Positions 7,888 through 18,004 of a stretch of DNA of 34,219 nt are shown here, in pieces. Below the pieces are notes generated by a model. It worked only from the letters and a program-made list of their open reading frames with translations, did no database searches and was not told the origin of the DNA. The stretch is from Bdellovibrionota bacterium (GTDB taxonomy: Bacteria; Bdellovibrionota_C; UBA2361; JBGSMV01): contig JBIKWF010000041.1 in the NCBI GenBank assembly GCA_044356455.1, positions 1-34,219 on the forward strand, given 5' to 3'. Positions within the stretch are counted from its first letter, which is position 1. Each line of letters begins with the position of its first letter. The position numbers and the translations under genes are program-made.

Positions 7888-9447
7888 TCAGTTCAAGAGT
7901 GGACTTCCCTCGCCCAGGCGGAACTTCTCATCAAAATATGCTCGCCGAAGCGGCAGCCCTTTTATGAGCTCCGGCGGATTCTTGAGAAGCTCTTCGAGAC
8001 CTACGTAAGCTTCGTGATTTCCAACCACCACGATTACAAACTGCGAGGGGTCCCACCTTCGCTGAGCAACCGAACGAATATCATCCGGGGTTAGTTTCTC
8101 AACCCCAGGAATATACCGCTCATCGTAGTCACTTGGATACCCCAAGAGCTCAAAGGAAGCCTTCCTATTCATCACACGCGCGGGGGAGTCAAAGTTAAAG
8201 ACGAATGAGTCAACAAGAGCACTTTTAGTCTCGTTGAGCTCAGCCTCTGGAACCGCGTTCCTTTGCATGTCTTTAAGCTCAGTAAGGGCCTTTTCGAGCG
8301 CCCTGGCCGAAGCATCGGTACGGGTCTGCAAGAAAAGTACATTCTTACCCTGAGTTACCGCGGGCAAGATTGAGCCGAAAACAGAGTAGGCAAGTCCACC
8401 CTCCGTCCTCACCTTTTTCATAAGCCGAGAGCCAAAGCCTCCGGAACCAAAGAATGAGTTGAAGGCTTCGATGGCTATATAATCGGGCGTAAGCCGAGGA
8501 ACCCCCCTCTGTGCGACGGTGATAGTAGCCTGCTGGAGCGGAAGCTCAATGAAATAAACTCCTGGGGAAACAGAGGTGTTAATTGCTGGCGGGCTCGGTA
8601 GCTCGGTACTAGACGGTTCCCAGTTGCCGAACACTTCCTGCACCATGCGCTCAACTTGGCTTCGCGTTGCACGCCCACTCAGGGTGAGGATAGCCCCACT
8701 TGGACGAATGAAGCGCCGATGACTTCTTAGCAAGGCAACTCTATCGAAGCGACCAAGATCGGCGGAAGTGAGGACCGTCCCGTAAGGAGTTCCGCCAAAA
8801 AGAAGCTCGTTAACTGAAAGCGATGCGATAGTACTAGGATCCTCTTTACGGCGCTCAATTGAAGCCTTTGCTTGGCCCTTCCATAACTCTAAACGCGAAG
8901 GTTCGAACCGTGGCCTCAAAACGACATCACCAAAAAGGCGAAACACTTCTTCAAAATCTCGGTCAAGAGAAGAGAACTGGAAACGCCCAAATTCCTGCCC
9001 AACGCTCGCATTTATACCAGCGGAGAGACGATCGAGGCGCTCATCCAACGCCTCGGGGGAGAGATCCCCTGCGCCGCCTTGACGCATTTGATCTCCCATC
9101 GCAGCTACCGTTCCGTATTCAGGCAAAGACTCTAAGAGTGCGCCGCCGCGAGTAAAAAGAGCCCCTGAGACCACGGGAAGTTCGTCATCCTTGGCAAAAA
9201 AGACGGTAAGGCCATTGGGAAGAGTCCAGCGCTCAGGCGCTTGTACTCGCAGCTCCACTGGAGCGACGTGCTGCGATACCTCGGCAAGTGAAGACATCGG
9301 AGAAACATCCCCTGGCTGAGAGCGAAGAGCGCCCGAGATACTGCCACACTGCGCAAGCACTGAGCCCATGGCAGAGAAAATAAAGACCCGTGCAAGCACC
9401 GAGAGTCGCCCTGACTGCAAAGCCGCTATCTCAATAGAATTCCTCAC
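7888..9447 (-). CDS. M16B (pitrilysin-family) peptidase, non-catalytic subunit
   Basis: TLPNGLTV, GGFGSRLMKKVRTEGGLAYSV; lacks HxxEH (has AAMGDQM instead); overlaps its partner gene by 4 bp. Confidence 0.9.
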   Translation of the reverse strand: MRNSIEIAALQSGRLSVLARVFIFSAMGSVLAQCGSISGALRSQPGDVSPMSSLAEVSQHVAPVELRVQAPERWTLPNGLTVFFAKDDELPVVSGALFTRGGALLESLPEYGTVAAMGDQMRQGGAGDLSPEALDERLDRLSAGINASVGQEFGRFQFSSLDRDFEEVFRLFGDVVLRPRFEPSRLELWKGQAKASIERRKEDPSTIASLSVNELLFGGTPYGTVLTSADLGRFDRVALLRSHRRFIRPSGAILTLSGRATRSQVERMVQEVFGNWEPSSTELPSPPAINTSVSPGVYFIELPLQQATITVAQRGVPRLTPDYIAIEAFNSFFGSGGFGSRLMKKVRTEGGLAYSVFGSILPAVTQGKNVLFLQTRTDASARALEKALTELKDMQRNAVPEAELNETKSALVDSFVFNFDSPARVMNRKASFELLGYPSDYDERYIPGVEKLTPDDIRSVAQRRWDPSQFVIVVVGNHEAYVGLEELLKNPPELIKGLPLRRAYFDEKFRLGEGSPLLN

Positions 9448-11153
9448 TTCTCAACCCTCCGATCATCCGCTAAAGGCGTAGCTCTCTCAAGGAACGCCAC
9501 GGTCCGTGCGCGCTTCACTAAATACTGCCGGGCCACTCTCTCAATATCCTGTACCGAAACCGCCATGGCCTTTTCATACCAGTCGAAAGGTGCCCTCCAA
9601 TTCTGGTAAAAGAGCACTGACGTTGCTAACGAAGTCCCTAGCTCAGCATTCGAAGTCAAATCGGAAAGATAAGACACGGCAATGGCACGTTTAGCAATTT
9701 GCAGTGCATCCTCTGTGATGCCAGAGCGTTTGAACTGGTCAAGCGCCTCGTCAAACGCCGCCAAAACCTCCCGATTGGTATGAGGAGCTCGTGGGGTGAT
9801 TCCAAACATCATTAAGTTTGGATACGCCATACCTGGCCCTTCCATCGTCGAAACTTCCGTAGCGAGTCGCCCACGCTGCACCAAGGTTCTCTGCAAAGGA
9901 GAAATCCTACTTCCTGCCAGCATCTCCAGCATGACCGAAACAGGGGCGTCATCAGGATGAGGATATTGCATCTTATGATACGCAACATAGAACTGCGGCG
10001 CAGCCTTAAGCTCGAGGGTTACCTGTCTTTCCCCTTCTTGCGGAGGCTCAATCGCCGTCGGGCGTTCAGGGTTCGGAGCAACAGGGATTCTCCCAAAATA
10101 GGCTTCAATCAAGGGCCAGTCGCTCTCAGGCCGAATATCACCTACAAGCGCAACCGCAATATTTCCGGGAACATAATAGCGCCGACGAAATTCTTCGAGG
10201 CGAGTTGCCGTAAGACGCTTCAGGTCAAAGGGGAACCCAATCACGGGGTTCTTGTAAGGATGCGCAATGAATGAAGCCGCCTTAAAGGTCTCATAGAGCT
10301 TTCCTTGCGGGTCGTCGTCATATCGCATGCGCCGCTCTTCGAGCACGACGTCTCGCTCTTGGTAAAATTGCCTTAGTACAGGCCTAAGAAGTCGCTCCGA
10401 CTCCATATAGAGCCAGAACTCAAATTGCGAGCGCGGCAAATTAACAAAATATTTCGTGATTTCGCTGTCCGTAGTAGCGTTCATGCCCGAAGCCCCGCGG
10501 CGCTCATACTCTCGCGTAAACTGGTCCGTCACCCATAGCGATTTAAGTTCTTGGTGAATCTCATCCCAGCGTTTTTTATCCTCAGAAGTAAGCGCGGCAT
10601 CAGTTCCTATGTCTTCAGGATTCCCCGAGGCGCTCATAGAAGCGCGCCGCGCCGCAATCGGCTCAAGCTCGGCCAGCAGCTCAGATTCTCGCGCGAAGTC
10701 ACTCGTGCCAACTTCAGGAGTACCCTTGAAGGCCATATGCTCGAACATGTGCGAGATGCCTGTCTCTCCTATGCGCTCGTCAGTGCCGCCGACTCTCACT
10801 GCCACGACACCAGCAAACACAGGAGCCTCCCCCCGAGGATAGAGAATAACTCTTAGACCATTTTTAAGAGTCCTCTCTTCCGTACGCTCGAAGACGGTCT
10901 TAAAGACCTCGGCCGCTTTACCTAGCGGCTCTCTGCCTTCCTCCTTAGTCGAGGCGGTTTTTGAGTCTCTCGTTTGTGCCTGGGCACACAAGATAAGGAA
11001 GCCCGAGGAGCCCAATAGTTGAGCGGCCAAAAGCCCTACGGCAAGAAATCTCCCAAAGGAACTCCGGGGTAAATGAAGCCGAGGATACCACGTGTTGCAT
11101 GATGAATACTTACGCATGGGCGGGAGTGTAAGATGCCGCGCCTCAGTGGACAA
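9444..11153 (-). CDS. M16B (pitrilysin-family) zinc peptidase, catalytic subunit
   Basis: GISHMFEHMAFKGT (HxxEH), NATT, ERDVVLEERR; signal-peptide-like hydrophobic N-terminus. The true start may be downstream of the TTG. Confidence 0.93.
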   Translation of the reverse strand: MSTEARHLTLPPMRKYSSCNTWYPRLHLPRSSFGRFLAVGLLAAQLLGSSGFLILCAQAQTRDSKTASTKEEGREPLGKAAEVFKTVFERTEERTLKNGLRVILYPRGEAPVFAGVVAVRVGGTDERIGETGISHMFEHMAFKGTPEVGTSDFARESELLAELEPIAARRASMSASGNPEDIGTDAALTSEDKKRWDEIHQELKSLWVTDQFTREYERRGASGMNATTDSEITKYFVNLPRSQFEFWLYMESERLLRPVLRQFYQERDVVLEERRMRYDDDPQGKLYETFKAASFIAHPYKNPVIGFPFDLKRLTATRLEEFRRRYYVPGNIAVALVGDIRPESDWPLIEAYFGRIPVAPNPERPTAIEPPQEGERQVTLELKAAPQFYVAYHKMQYPHPDDAPVSVMLEMLAGSRISPLQRTLVQRGRLATEVSTMEGPGMAYPNLMMFGITPRAPHTNREVLAAFDEALDQFKRSGITEDALQIAKRAIAVSYLSDLTSNAELGTSLATSVLFYQNWRAPFDWYEKAMAVSVQDIERVARQYLVKRARTVAFLERATPLADDRRVEK

Positions 11154-11257
11154 CCGGGGTCTTCACACCCTGCTTCTGGCAAGGCCTTTGGCATGAGGGT
11201 CTTGGCGATGAACAGGATGAGAGGGGGAACCTTGAGCTATAGAGGGTACTGCCGTAA

Positions 11258-12409
11258 CTACTGAGCAGCGTCGCAAAGCGGAATCATCAATCGAACAACT
11301 GCGCCGCCCTCACTACGCGCGCCGCACTCAAGGCTACCCTTATGGATTCGCATGTAGCGACTCACTAAAGCGAGCCCCATGCCACTCCCTTGCTGCTCAA
11401 ACTTATCCCTGTCAATCTGCCCAAAGAGTTCTACGGCTTGCGAGACCTTCGCAGGATCAAGCCCTAGCCCCCGGTCTGACACCTCAAAGAACACAGCCTC
11501 CTTCTCGGCCCATACTTTAATTTGAATCTCCTTCAGCTCGCGGGAAAATTTAACAGCATTATCAATCAGGCGACTGAGGGCATCTTCGATGTGTGGCTCA
11601 TAGCAATACGTCCGCACGCCCGTACAGGAGCATTCAACAATAAAACTAAAACCAAGGGAGGCGAGCTCTGCTCTCCTCTTATCGGATAGGCGCTCCAGAA
11701 TAGTCTCCACTGCGACCACACGTCCCCGCGTTTGGTACATTTTCTTGCCAGAGCCTGAATCAAGCTGCTGCAGAAGCATAAAGTCGCCCACCAGCTTTTC
11801 AAGCCGCTGCCCACCACGCTGAATCGCTTCAAGCAGATTCCGTGCCCGCGCGGGATCGATCTTTTCTCCGTGATCCACTAACAATTCAGACCCCGTAGTA
11901 ATCGCCACCAGTGGCGTCCGAAATTCATGAGAGAGTGTGTTTACGACGCGCTTTCTATAAGCTTCTAGCTGCTCTTCTGTCTTTTGCTTGAGCGCGCGAG
12001 AGCGCAGTACCTTGCCTTTGATAAGTGGAAGAATCTGGCGCGGATCAAAAGGCTTGGTGAGGTACATATCCGCACCAGTAAGAAGACCGCGCTTCATTTC
12101 GGTATCGTCGCTTAGTGCGGTGAGGAAGATAAACGGAATGTGCGCGTGACTTGCGCGGGCGCGAAGACTTTCATGGAACTGATAGCCATCCATCTTAGGC
12201 ATCATGACGTCGCATACCACAACGTCCACACCGGCACTGTCGATAGCCGCCAGTGCTTCCTCCCCGTTTGTAGCCACAAGCACGCTGAAGTGTTCATTGT
12301 GAAGAAGACTCTTGAGCACGGTGGTGATAAGCGGATTATCATCCACAATGAGAATAGTGCCTTCGCACTGAGCAGTGCTCTTTTGTCCCTCTAGATCCGC
12401 CACACACAC
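11258..12409 (-). CDS. Hybrid receiver + histidine kinase (REC-HisKA-HATPase)
   Basis: REC: ILIVDDN, CDVMMP, FLTA, KPFD. Kinase: H-box SHEFRTPL, N-box DNAVKFS, G1 DRGLG, G2 GSGMGL. Confidence 0.93.
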   Translation of the reverse strand: MCVADLEGQKSTAQCEGTILIVDDNPLITTVLKSLLHNEHFSVLVATNGEEALAAIDSAGVDVVVCDVMMPKMDGYQFHESLRARASHAHIPFIFLTALSDDTEMKRGLLTGADMYLTKPFDPRQILPLIKGKVLRSRALKQKTEEQLEAYRKRVVNTLSHEFRTPLVAITTGSELLVDHGEKIDPARARNLLEAIQRGGQRLEKLVGDFMLLQQLDSGSGKKMYQTRGRVVAVETILERLSDKRRAELASLGFSFIVECSCTGVRTYCYEPHIEDALSRLIDNAVKFSRELKEIQIKVWAEKEAVFFEVSDRGLGLDPAKVSQAVELFGQIDRDKFEQQGSGMGLALVSRYMRIHKGSLECGARSEGGAVVRLMIPLCDAAQ

Positions 12410-12495
12410 ACCTTTAGCGACCCCAAACCCCTAAAACCCAAGAAAGCGAAGAATTCCCCGCTATCTCTTTATTTATGGAGCGCTCTTGGTTAATG

Positions 12496-12522
12496 CTATC
12501 GGTACCCGCACAAGGCCTCTTA
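12496..12522 (-). promoter_or_regulatory. Sigma28-like promoter upstream of the hybrid kinase
   Basis: Minus strand TAAG-N15-ACCGATAG. Confidence 0.5.
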
Positions 12523-12547
12523 AGGTCATTACCGGAGCTATGAATAT

Positions 12548-13459
12548 ATGAAGAAAATCATTGGGTTATTCCCTGGACAAGGTTCTCAGAAAGTAGGCAT
12601 GGGAAAGCAGCTCTGGGAATCCTCCGAGATTGGCAAACGCTATTTTGCCATTGCTGATGAAGTCCTTGGGTTTTCTCTCTCTAAGTTGTGCTTTGAGGGC
12701 CCCCCCGAAAGTCTTACCGCAACGGCGGTAGCCCAGCCCGCAATACTCACCGTGAGCACAATCTGCTTCGAACTATTTCGTTCTGCTACCCCCAGTGCGG
12801 TTATCCTGGCGGCTGCCGGACACAGCCTTGGAGAATACTCGGCCCTAGTCGCTGCGGGAGCCCTTTCCTTTGAAGATGCCGTCCTGCTCGTTAATAAGCG
12901 CGGCACCTATATGCAAGAGGCGGTGCCTGTGGGAACAGGGAAGATGGCCGCGGTGCTTGGCAAAGAGGTTGCTGATATTGAAGCGGTCCTTAGCACCATC
13001 ACCTCAGGTGTCGTACAAGTAGCAAATGTAAATGCACCCGGGCAGATCGTAATCGCGGGAGCCGCCGCCGCAGTGGACGACGCCGCGAAAGCGCTCGGAG
13101 GCAAAGTAATTGAGCTCCCTGTGAGCGCACCGTTCCATTGTTCAATGATGAAGCCAGCAGAAGAGCGCCTTGCCAAGGATCTTGCAAAGGTTGATTTCAA
13201 GACCGCGAAGTTTCCGGTCTACAGCAATTTCAGCACGGAGCCGCTCACCGCACCCGAAGCAATCCGCGAGGCGCTGCGGCTGCAAGTATGCGGGCGCGTG
13301 CGCTGGGTCGAAGGAATGATAAGAGCGGTGAGTGAATGCGCTCCCGAAGCGGCGGTGGAGTTTGGCGCAGGCAATGTCCTAGCGGGACTTCTTAAGCGTA
13401 TTAATCCTTCAGTCCCAAGGATGAACGTGGACTCTTTAGAGTCAGCCGCAATCGGCTGA
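12548..13459 (+). CDS. fabD: Malonyl-CoA:ACP transacylase
   Basis: FPGQGSQ, AQPAI, GHSLGEY (catalytic Ser), VSAPFH, VRW. Confidence 0.97.
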   Translation: MKKIIGLFPGQGSQKVGMGKQLWESSEIGKRYFAIADEVLGFSLSKLCFEGPPESLTATAVAQPAILTVSTICFELFRSATPSAVILAAAGHSLGEYSALVAAGALSFEDAVLLVNKRGTYMQEAVPVGTGKMAAVLGKEVADIEAVLSTITSGVVQVANVNAPGQIVIAGAAAAVDDAAKALGGKVIELPVSAPFHCSMMKPAEERLAKDLAKVDFKTAKFPVYSNFSTEPLTAPEAIREALRLQVCGRVRWVEGMIRAVSECAPEAAVEFGAGNVLAGLLKRINPSVPRMNVDSLESAAIG

Positions 13460-13524
13460 GTTTACGCAAGAGAACACAAACTCGCTTTCTCTCTGAGACG
13501 AGGAGACAGCCTCACGTGATCTAA

Positions 13525-13638
13525 GGAATCTCTGAAAGCCTCCATTCTTAATACACCTCTGCCTGCCTTTGTGACCTCTGTGGTGAATTCATGGATGAAA
13601 ATTTCACCACAGGCAGAGATGAGTCTTTCAGGGGTTCC
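13525..13638. mobile_element. MITE-like element, copy B1 (CTAA target duplication)
   Basis: CTAA at 13521-13524 and 13639-13642. TIRs GGAATCTCTGAAAG / CTTTCAGGGGTTCC. Inner stem CTGTGGTGAA (13578-13587) / TTCACCACAG (13603-13612). Confidence 0.88.
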
Positions 13639-14715
13639 CTAAATCAGTTGCTTTTCGCCCTTTTCGTATACCACGTTTGCTCGGCCCGCGATTAAGGGGT
13701 CGAGGCTGCCAATCGCATCCAGATCTTTGTCCGCATATGATAGCCTATGCAAAACATACCGCATGGCGTTCAGGCGGGCTCTTCTTTTGCAATCAGACTT
13801 AATAACGATCCATGGGGCATCAATCGTATCGGTATGAAAAAACATGGCCTCTTTCGCCCGGGTATACTGTTCCCACTTGTCGAGCGACTCTAAATCGATG
13901 GGGCTAAGCTTCCAGTGTTTGAGCGGATGATTCTGGCGCTCCGTGAACCGTTTCTTTTGCTCCTCTTTGCTAACTGAAAACCAAAATTTTATCAGATGTA
14001 TGCCACTTTTCACCAACATGCGCTCAAACTCCGGGGCCTGCCGCATAAATTCGAGGTATTCACCCTCTGAACAAAACCCCATAACCCGCTCAACACCAGC
14101 GCGGTTGTACCAAGACCGGTCGAATAGCACGATCTCGCCTGCGGTGGGTAAATTTTCGGCATAGCGCTGGAAGTACCACTGGCCACGCTCAGCATCACTT
14201 GGCTTCTCTAGCGCAACAACTCTCGCGCCACGAGGATTCAAGTGTTCCATAAAACGCTTGATAGTTCCCCCTTTGCCCGCAGCATCTCTTCCCTCAAAGA
14301 GAATGACCACCCTTTGCTTAGTTTCCTTGACCCATGCTTGCAGCTTGAGCAGCTCAACCTGAAGTTTATACTTTTGCTGTTCGTAGCTCTTTCTCGAAAG
14401 AAGATTTTTGTAGGGATACGACCCTTTGCCCCAGTTCTCAGATAACACGTCATCCGGGTTACCATTCCCCTTGGTGTCCCGCTCCTTGCGGCTTTCTACG
14501 ACCTCCTTAAGAAGTGATTTAATTTCGGAAGTAGAATGCTGCCCTAGGAATTGACTGAGAAAGGAAACTTCCTGACCGGCAGCGGACGCTATCGCCTCCT
14601 GGACAAGGTACTTATCAATTGCGGCTCTTTTTGTCGGGAGTCGTCGATTTTGCTTCAACGCCTTAGCCGGAGAGGTGCTAGTTTTTGTCTTCTTCGATTT
14701 CAACGATCGAGCCAT
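13639..14715 (-). CDS. ppk2: Polyphosphate kinase 2 (single domain)
   Basis: FEGRDAAGKGG (Walker A), QWYFQRY, FDRSWYNR, WKLSPID; basic N-terminal extension. Confidence 0.96.
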   Translation of the reverse strand: MARSLKSKKTKTSTSPAKALKQNRRLPTKRAAIDKYLVQEAIASAAGQEVSFLSQFLGQHSTSEIKSLLKEVVESRKERDTKGNGNPDDVLSENWGKGSYPYKNLLSRKSYEQQKYKLQVELLKLQAWVKETKQRVVILFEGRDAAGKGGTIKRFMEHLNPRGARVVALEKPSDAERGQWYFQRYAENLPTAGEIVLFDRSWYNRAGVERVMGFCSEGEYLEFMRQAPEFERMLVKSGIHLIKFWFSVSKEEQKKRFTERQNHPLKHWKLSPIDLESLDKWEQYTRAKEAMFFHTDTIDAPWIVIKSDCKRRARLNAMRYVLHRLSYADKDLDAIGSLDPLIAGRANVVYEKGEKQLI

Positions 14716-14918
14716 ACACCTCGCTTACTATTAGACATAGATTACAATAAGTTAGATGGCACTTTGAAGTAAAACGTTGCCTTTCATTCCCACACTCTAG
14801 GACACCCACTTTACCGGAGGCATACACGACCAAATTTCAATTCCCTTCGTGATTCCAACAGCTTGGATTTGAGAACGAAGACTACCCTTGGGCAGACGCT
14901 CTTAAGTATTGCCGTAAA

Positions 14919-16058
14919 ATGGCCGTTATAAGGGCCATGCCTGAATCAACGGATCCACACTCAACTAGCACCGCGAGTAAGAGGGCGTACCCGGAAAACC
15001 AAGCAGATTGGAAAAAGCTTTTGAAGGGCTTTCTCGCCTCGTCCTTACTTTGCTACCTGCTCTATTTTCTTGCCCAGCATTCACGAGGCGAAGGCACCGT
15101 CCTGTTCATCTTTGCCGTTGCAGTAGTTCCGATGCTGATCTCTGTTTTCTCTTTTGCGCAGCTTATCCTTGTAGCACTTTGGGGCGAGGAGAAGACAAAT
15201 AAGTGGCTGACGAAACAAGACACGTGGTTGAATCACGATCGTTTCATTCGGCGAAACGCTGCTCCCGAGACAGTTTATGAGGAGACAAGCCTCAGACGTT
15301 TCCGCAAAGGCCTCGTTATTTTTGGCACCATTCTACTGCTGAGCTTCATGTTCACTGTGATCAGGGCCTGCTTGGATAGCGGGTTCATGAGCGCTCAGCA
15401 CTGGGGTGGAGAAGCAATCGCTGCCTTTTTGCAGGCATTTGGCCACGCGGCCATGGACCTCTCCCCGTTTGTACAACTCATCGTGCTTGGAATTGCCATC
15501 AACTTCGTTATCATAGGCGCGCTTTTTATTGTTCCATCCTTGCCGAACAAGCATAGATTCGGAGAGGCACCACTGGAACTCTCGCGGTATCCCATCGTAT
15601 TGGGCGAGGAGCTTCACGCTAGGATTCAGCTTAGACAGGAGGATTATGCCTTTGAGACCCTTGAAGCAACCGTGATTGTCGGGAAGATTTTTCCGGGCAC
15701 TGGCAAAGGACGGTCGGTCGCAAAGTATCCACTCCTCGCGAGTAGCTCGCCTACCTTACCCGGCCTGATTGAGATCTCTGGGGTAGTTCCAGAGAATTCC
15801 GAGAGCACGCATCTCGTAAAGAGTTACATTACCTCTCCTAAAAGGCATTTCCCTTTCGTGATTCAGATTAGAGGAAAGAGCCAAAAGGGAGATCTTCTGC
15901 GGCACTTCAAAGTCCGGGTGCTCTTAGCTCCAAAGACCGGGGAACAAGAAACTTCTCCTCCTATCAAGCCCGCTTCAGCTAGCGCAAAGGGGCCCAGAGG
16001 AAGCGGAATTGTTCGCGATCCCGTGACAAAGAAGCTGATCGTTGTTCGTGACGACTAA
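14919..16058 (+). CDS. Hypothetical membrane protein (about 4 TM segments plus a soluble beta-rich C-terminal domain)
   Basis: Long ORF with four hydrophobic stretches; no recognisable family. Confidence 0.7.
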   Translation: MAVIRAMPESTDPHSTSTASKRAYPENQADWKKLLKGFLASSLLCYLLYFLAQHSRGEGTVLFIFAVAVVPMLISVFSFAQLILVALWGEEKTNKWLTKQDTWLNHDRFIRRNAAPETVYEETSLRRFRKGLVIFGTILLLSFMFTVIRACLDSGFMSAQHWGGEAIAAFLQAFGHAAMDLSPFVQLIVLGIAINFVIIGALFIVPSLPNKHRFGEAPLELSRYPIVLGEELHARIQLRQEDYAFETLEATVIVGKIFPGTGKGRSVAKYPLLASSSPTLPGLIEISGVVPENSESTHLVKSYITSPKRHFPFVIQIRGKSQKGDLLRHFKVRVLLAPKTGEQETSPPIKPASASAKGPRGSGIVRDPVTKKLIVVRDD

Positions 16059-16086
16059 ATTATTCTGAGCTTACGGGCAATAGAAT

Positions 16087-17898
16087 TCAGTGGCACTCTG
16101 CCCGCGCCTTCTGAAGGACCGTGAGCGCAAGCTCACTCGCGAAAGTCCCGTCCCCAACATCACCTGCGGATTGGGTTCCACCTGTTCGCACATAAAACTG
16201 AATTGGCGTAGCGACAGAGATAAGCCTTCCATCTTTTCGCCGCGCGTATCCCTTTATCCCGAAGTCTGGTGCGTGCGGCGCAACTTTATCACCCGCGATA
16301 AAAAGTGCCGCCTGATATTCCCCGCGCGAAATATTGCGAAGTGGCCTCACTTGTTCTCGCTCCCGAATGACCCCACTTGGGTAGGCAACTTTTAGAGTCG
16401 CGAGGTCACGGCTCACTATTTGAGCCTTGTGGACCTCTTCCGCATCTTTTTCGTCAAAATGCTCCGACAAGGCAACCGCATCACAGGCCTTTCCTCGTAC
16501 CCGCACGATGGGTATTGCAAGCACTTCTTGCAGCAAGAGTGCGCTCTCCGCTATCCAGGCTGGATGCTCATGCCCATCTTCCCACTGGACAGGCTTTTTT
16601 AGTGCCTGCGTTACTGCTTCATCGCAGCGCGTAAGCAGTTCAGGCTTCATCCGGAATCGATTTTGGTCGCGGGCATCTTTTATTATTCGCGCGAGAAGTT
16701 CCAGGGCCTCAAATGAATTCAGTGCAAAGAGATCGATGGCTCTTACCATTGAGAGCCCGCGGAGCGCTGAAAGCTCACACTCTTCTTTGCGGGGCTCTGC
16801 ATAACAAAGCATAGTAGCGGCGCCATTTCGGTGAAGGGTATCGGTGGCTGTGAGGTAGCGCGTTACCTCATCTTCTGTGGTGAGGTGCTGCAGTCCTGAG
16901 AGGATTGCAAGATTGGCCTTTTTGCCCAAGCCTGCAATTCTATCAATGCTCATGTCACCGAATCCTTTGGGCGCAGAACTGCCGGTCACCAGGATATCGA
17001 GGTGGCGTGGTTCACGTATGTCGATCTTTCGGCCGCCGATTTCTAGATTCGTAAAGTTTGAAGGAAGTGGAGGCTGTTCACCAAACGAACAAAAGCAAAA
17101 ATGCCCTGGATCATTCTCATCTACCGGAAGTTCGTTTAAAAACTGCGTCGCAGGGTCGTCGTGTACTACCCTAAGGTCTGAGGGTAGTTCTCTTATGACG
17201 CCTATCGGAATTTTTCCAAGCGCTACCATGGTGGGTTTGTGGTGAAGAGCTTTCATAAGGAGTGAATCAACTGCGGAGATTCCCCCGAGTTTGCTTCGCG
17301 TCTCAACCCCTTCCTGACGAAGGGTCTCCTCAACCCAGCCCCTCAACTCAGCACCGACACGAATTCGCTTCTTATCGTTCTCCTTAAGGTAGGCCCAGCG
17401 AATCATCCCCGAGACAAGTTCAAGCGGTGTCGTGGGCGCCTCCCACACCACGGCCTCGGCGCCTGGACCCTTTTCTATCATATTGCGAAGCTCGCTTTCC
17501 TTGCCCTCACGGAGAAGTCGTTGCACCAGAGCCTGAAGAGCTTCAGGACCCACTGAATGGTCAATCACGCGAGAGGTGGGGGCGAGTAAAATGTTGGTTC
17601 CGGCTTCTGGATGGAGTCCTCTGAAATCTAGCCTTGCTTGGAACTCCCGGTGCGCCTCTTGTCTTAGGCTCTCGCGAGTCAAAAGTGTGGAGCTATTGAC
17701 CCTAGAATCAATGTGGGAACCTCGCGCACTCTCGGCGCGACCTAACTCTGCCTCAGAAACAGCGAGCTCTTTAGCCTGTGCGGCGAGCATGTCTCTCACC
17801 ACTGCATCAGCGGCCGAGACGGCTCGCGGCATCGTATCTTCAAGAGGCTGGGATGACTGAGCGGGGGCTTCCCCTGCGGCGACAATAGAGATAGTCAC
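16087..17898 (-). CDS. Divergent ADP-dependent glucokinase/phosphofructokinase-like (ribokinase-fold) protein
   Basis: Colinear motifs KLGGISA (cf. MGGxA), AILSGLQ, ALNSFEA (NxxE), and C-terminal TQSAGD (cf. TxGxGD anion hole and catalytic Asp). Confidence 0.6.
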   Translation of the reverse strand: MTISIVAAGEAPAQSSQPLEDTMPRAVSAADAVVRDMLAAQAKELAVSEAELGRAESARGSHIDSRVNSSTLLTRESLRQEAHREFQARLDFRGLHPEAGTNILLAPTSRVIDHSVGPEALQALVQRLLREGKESELRNMIEKGPGAEAVVWEAPTTPLELVSGMIRWAYLKENDKKRIRVGAELRGWVEETLRQEGVETRSKLGGISAVDSLLMKALHHKPTMVALGKIPIGVIRELPSDLRVVHDDPATQFLNELPVDENDPGHFCFCSFGEQPPLPSNFTNLEIGGRKIDIREPRHLDILVTGSSAPKGFGDMSIDRIAGLGKKANLAILSGLQHLTTEDEVTRYLTATDTLHRNGAATMLCYAEPRKEECELSALRGLSMVRAIDLFALNSFEALELLARIIKDARDQNRFRMKPELLTRCDEAVTQALKKPVQWEDGHEHPAWIAESALLLQEVLAIPIVRVRGKACDAVALSEHFDEKDAEEVHKAQIVSRDLATLKVAYPSGVIREREQVRPLRNISRGEYQAALFIAGDKVAPHAPDFGIKGYARRKDGRLISVATPIQFYVRTGGTQSAGDVGDGTFASELALTVLQKARAECH

Positions 17899-18004
17899 CC
17901 TAACTAGTTATTGCGCCGCTTTCCTAGAGCGTCAGATTCATGAGACAACCCAATTACGACTCCCGCTTACGCGGGGGCCCCCCTGGCATCTTATAGGTTA
18001 ACCC

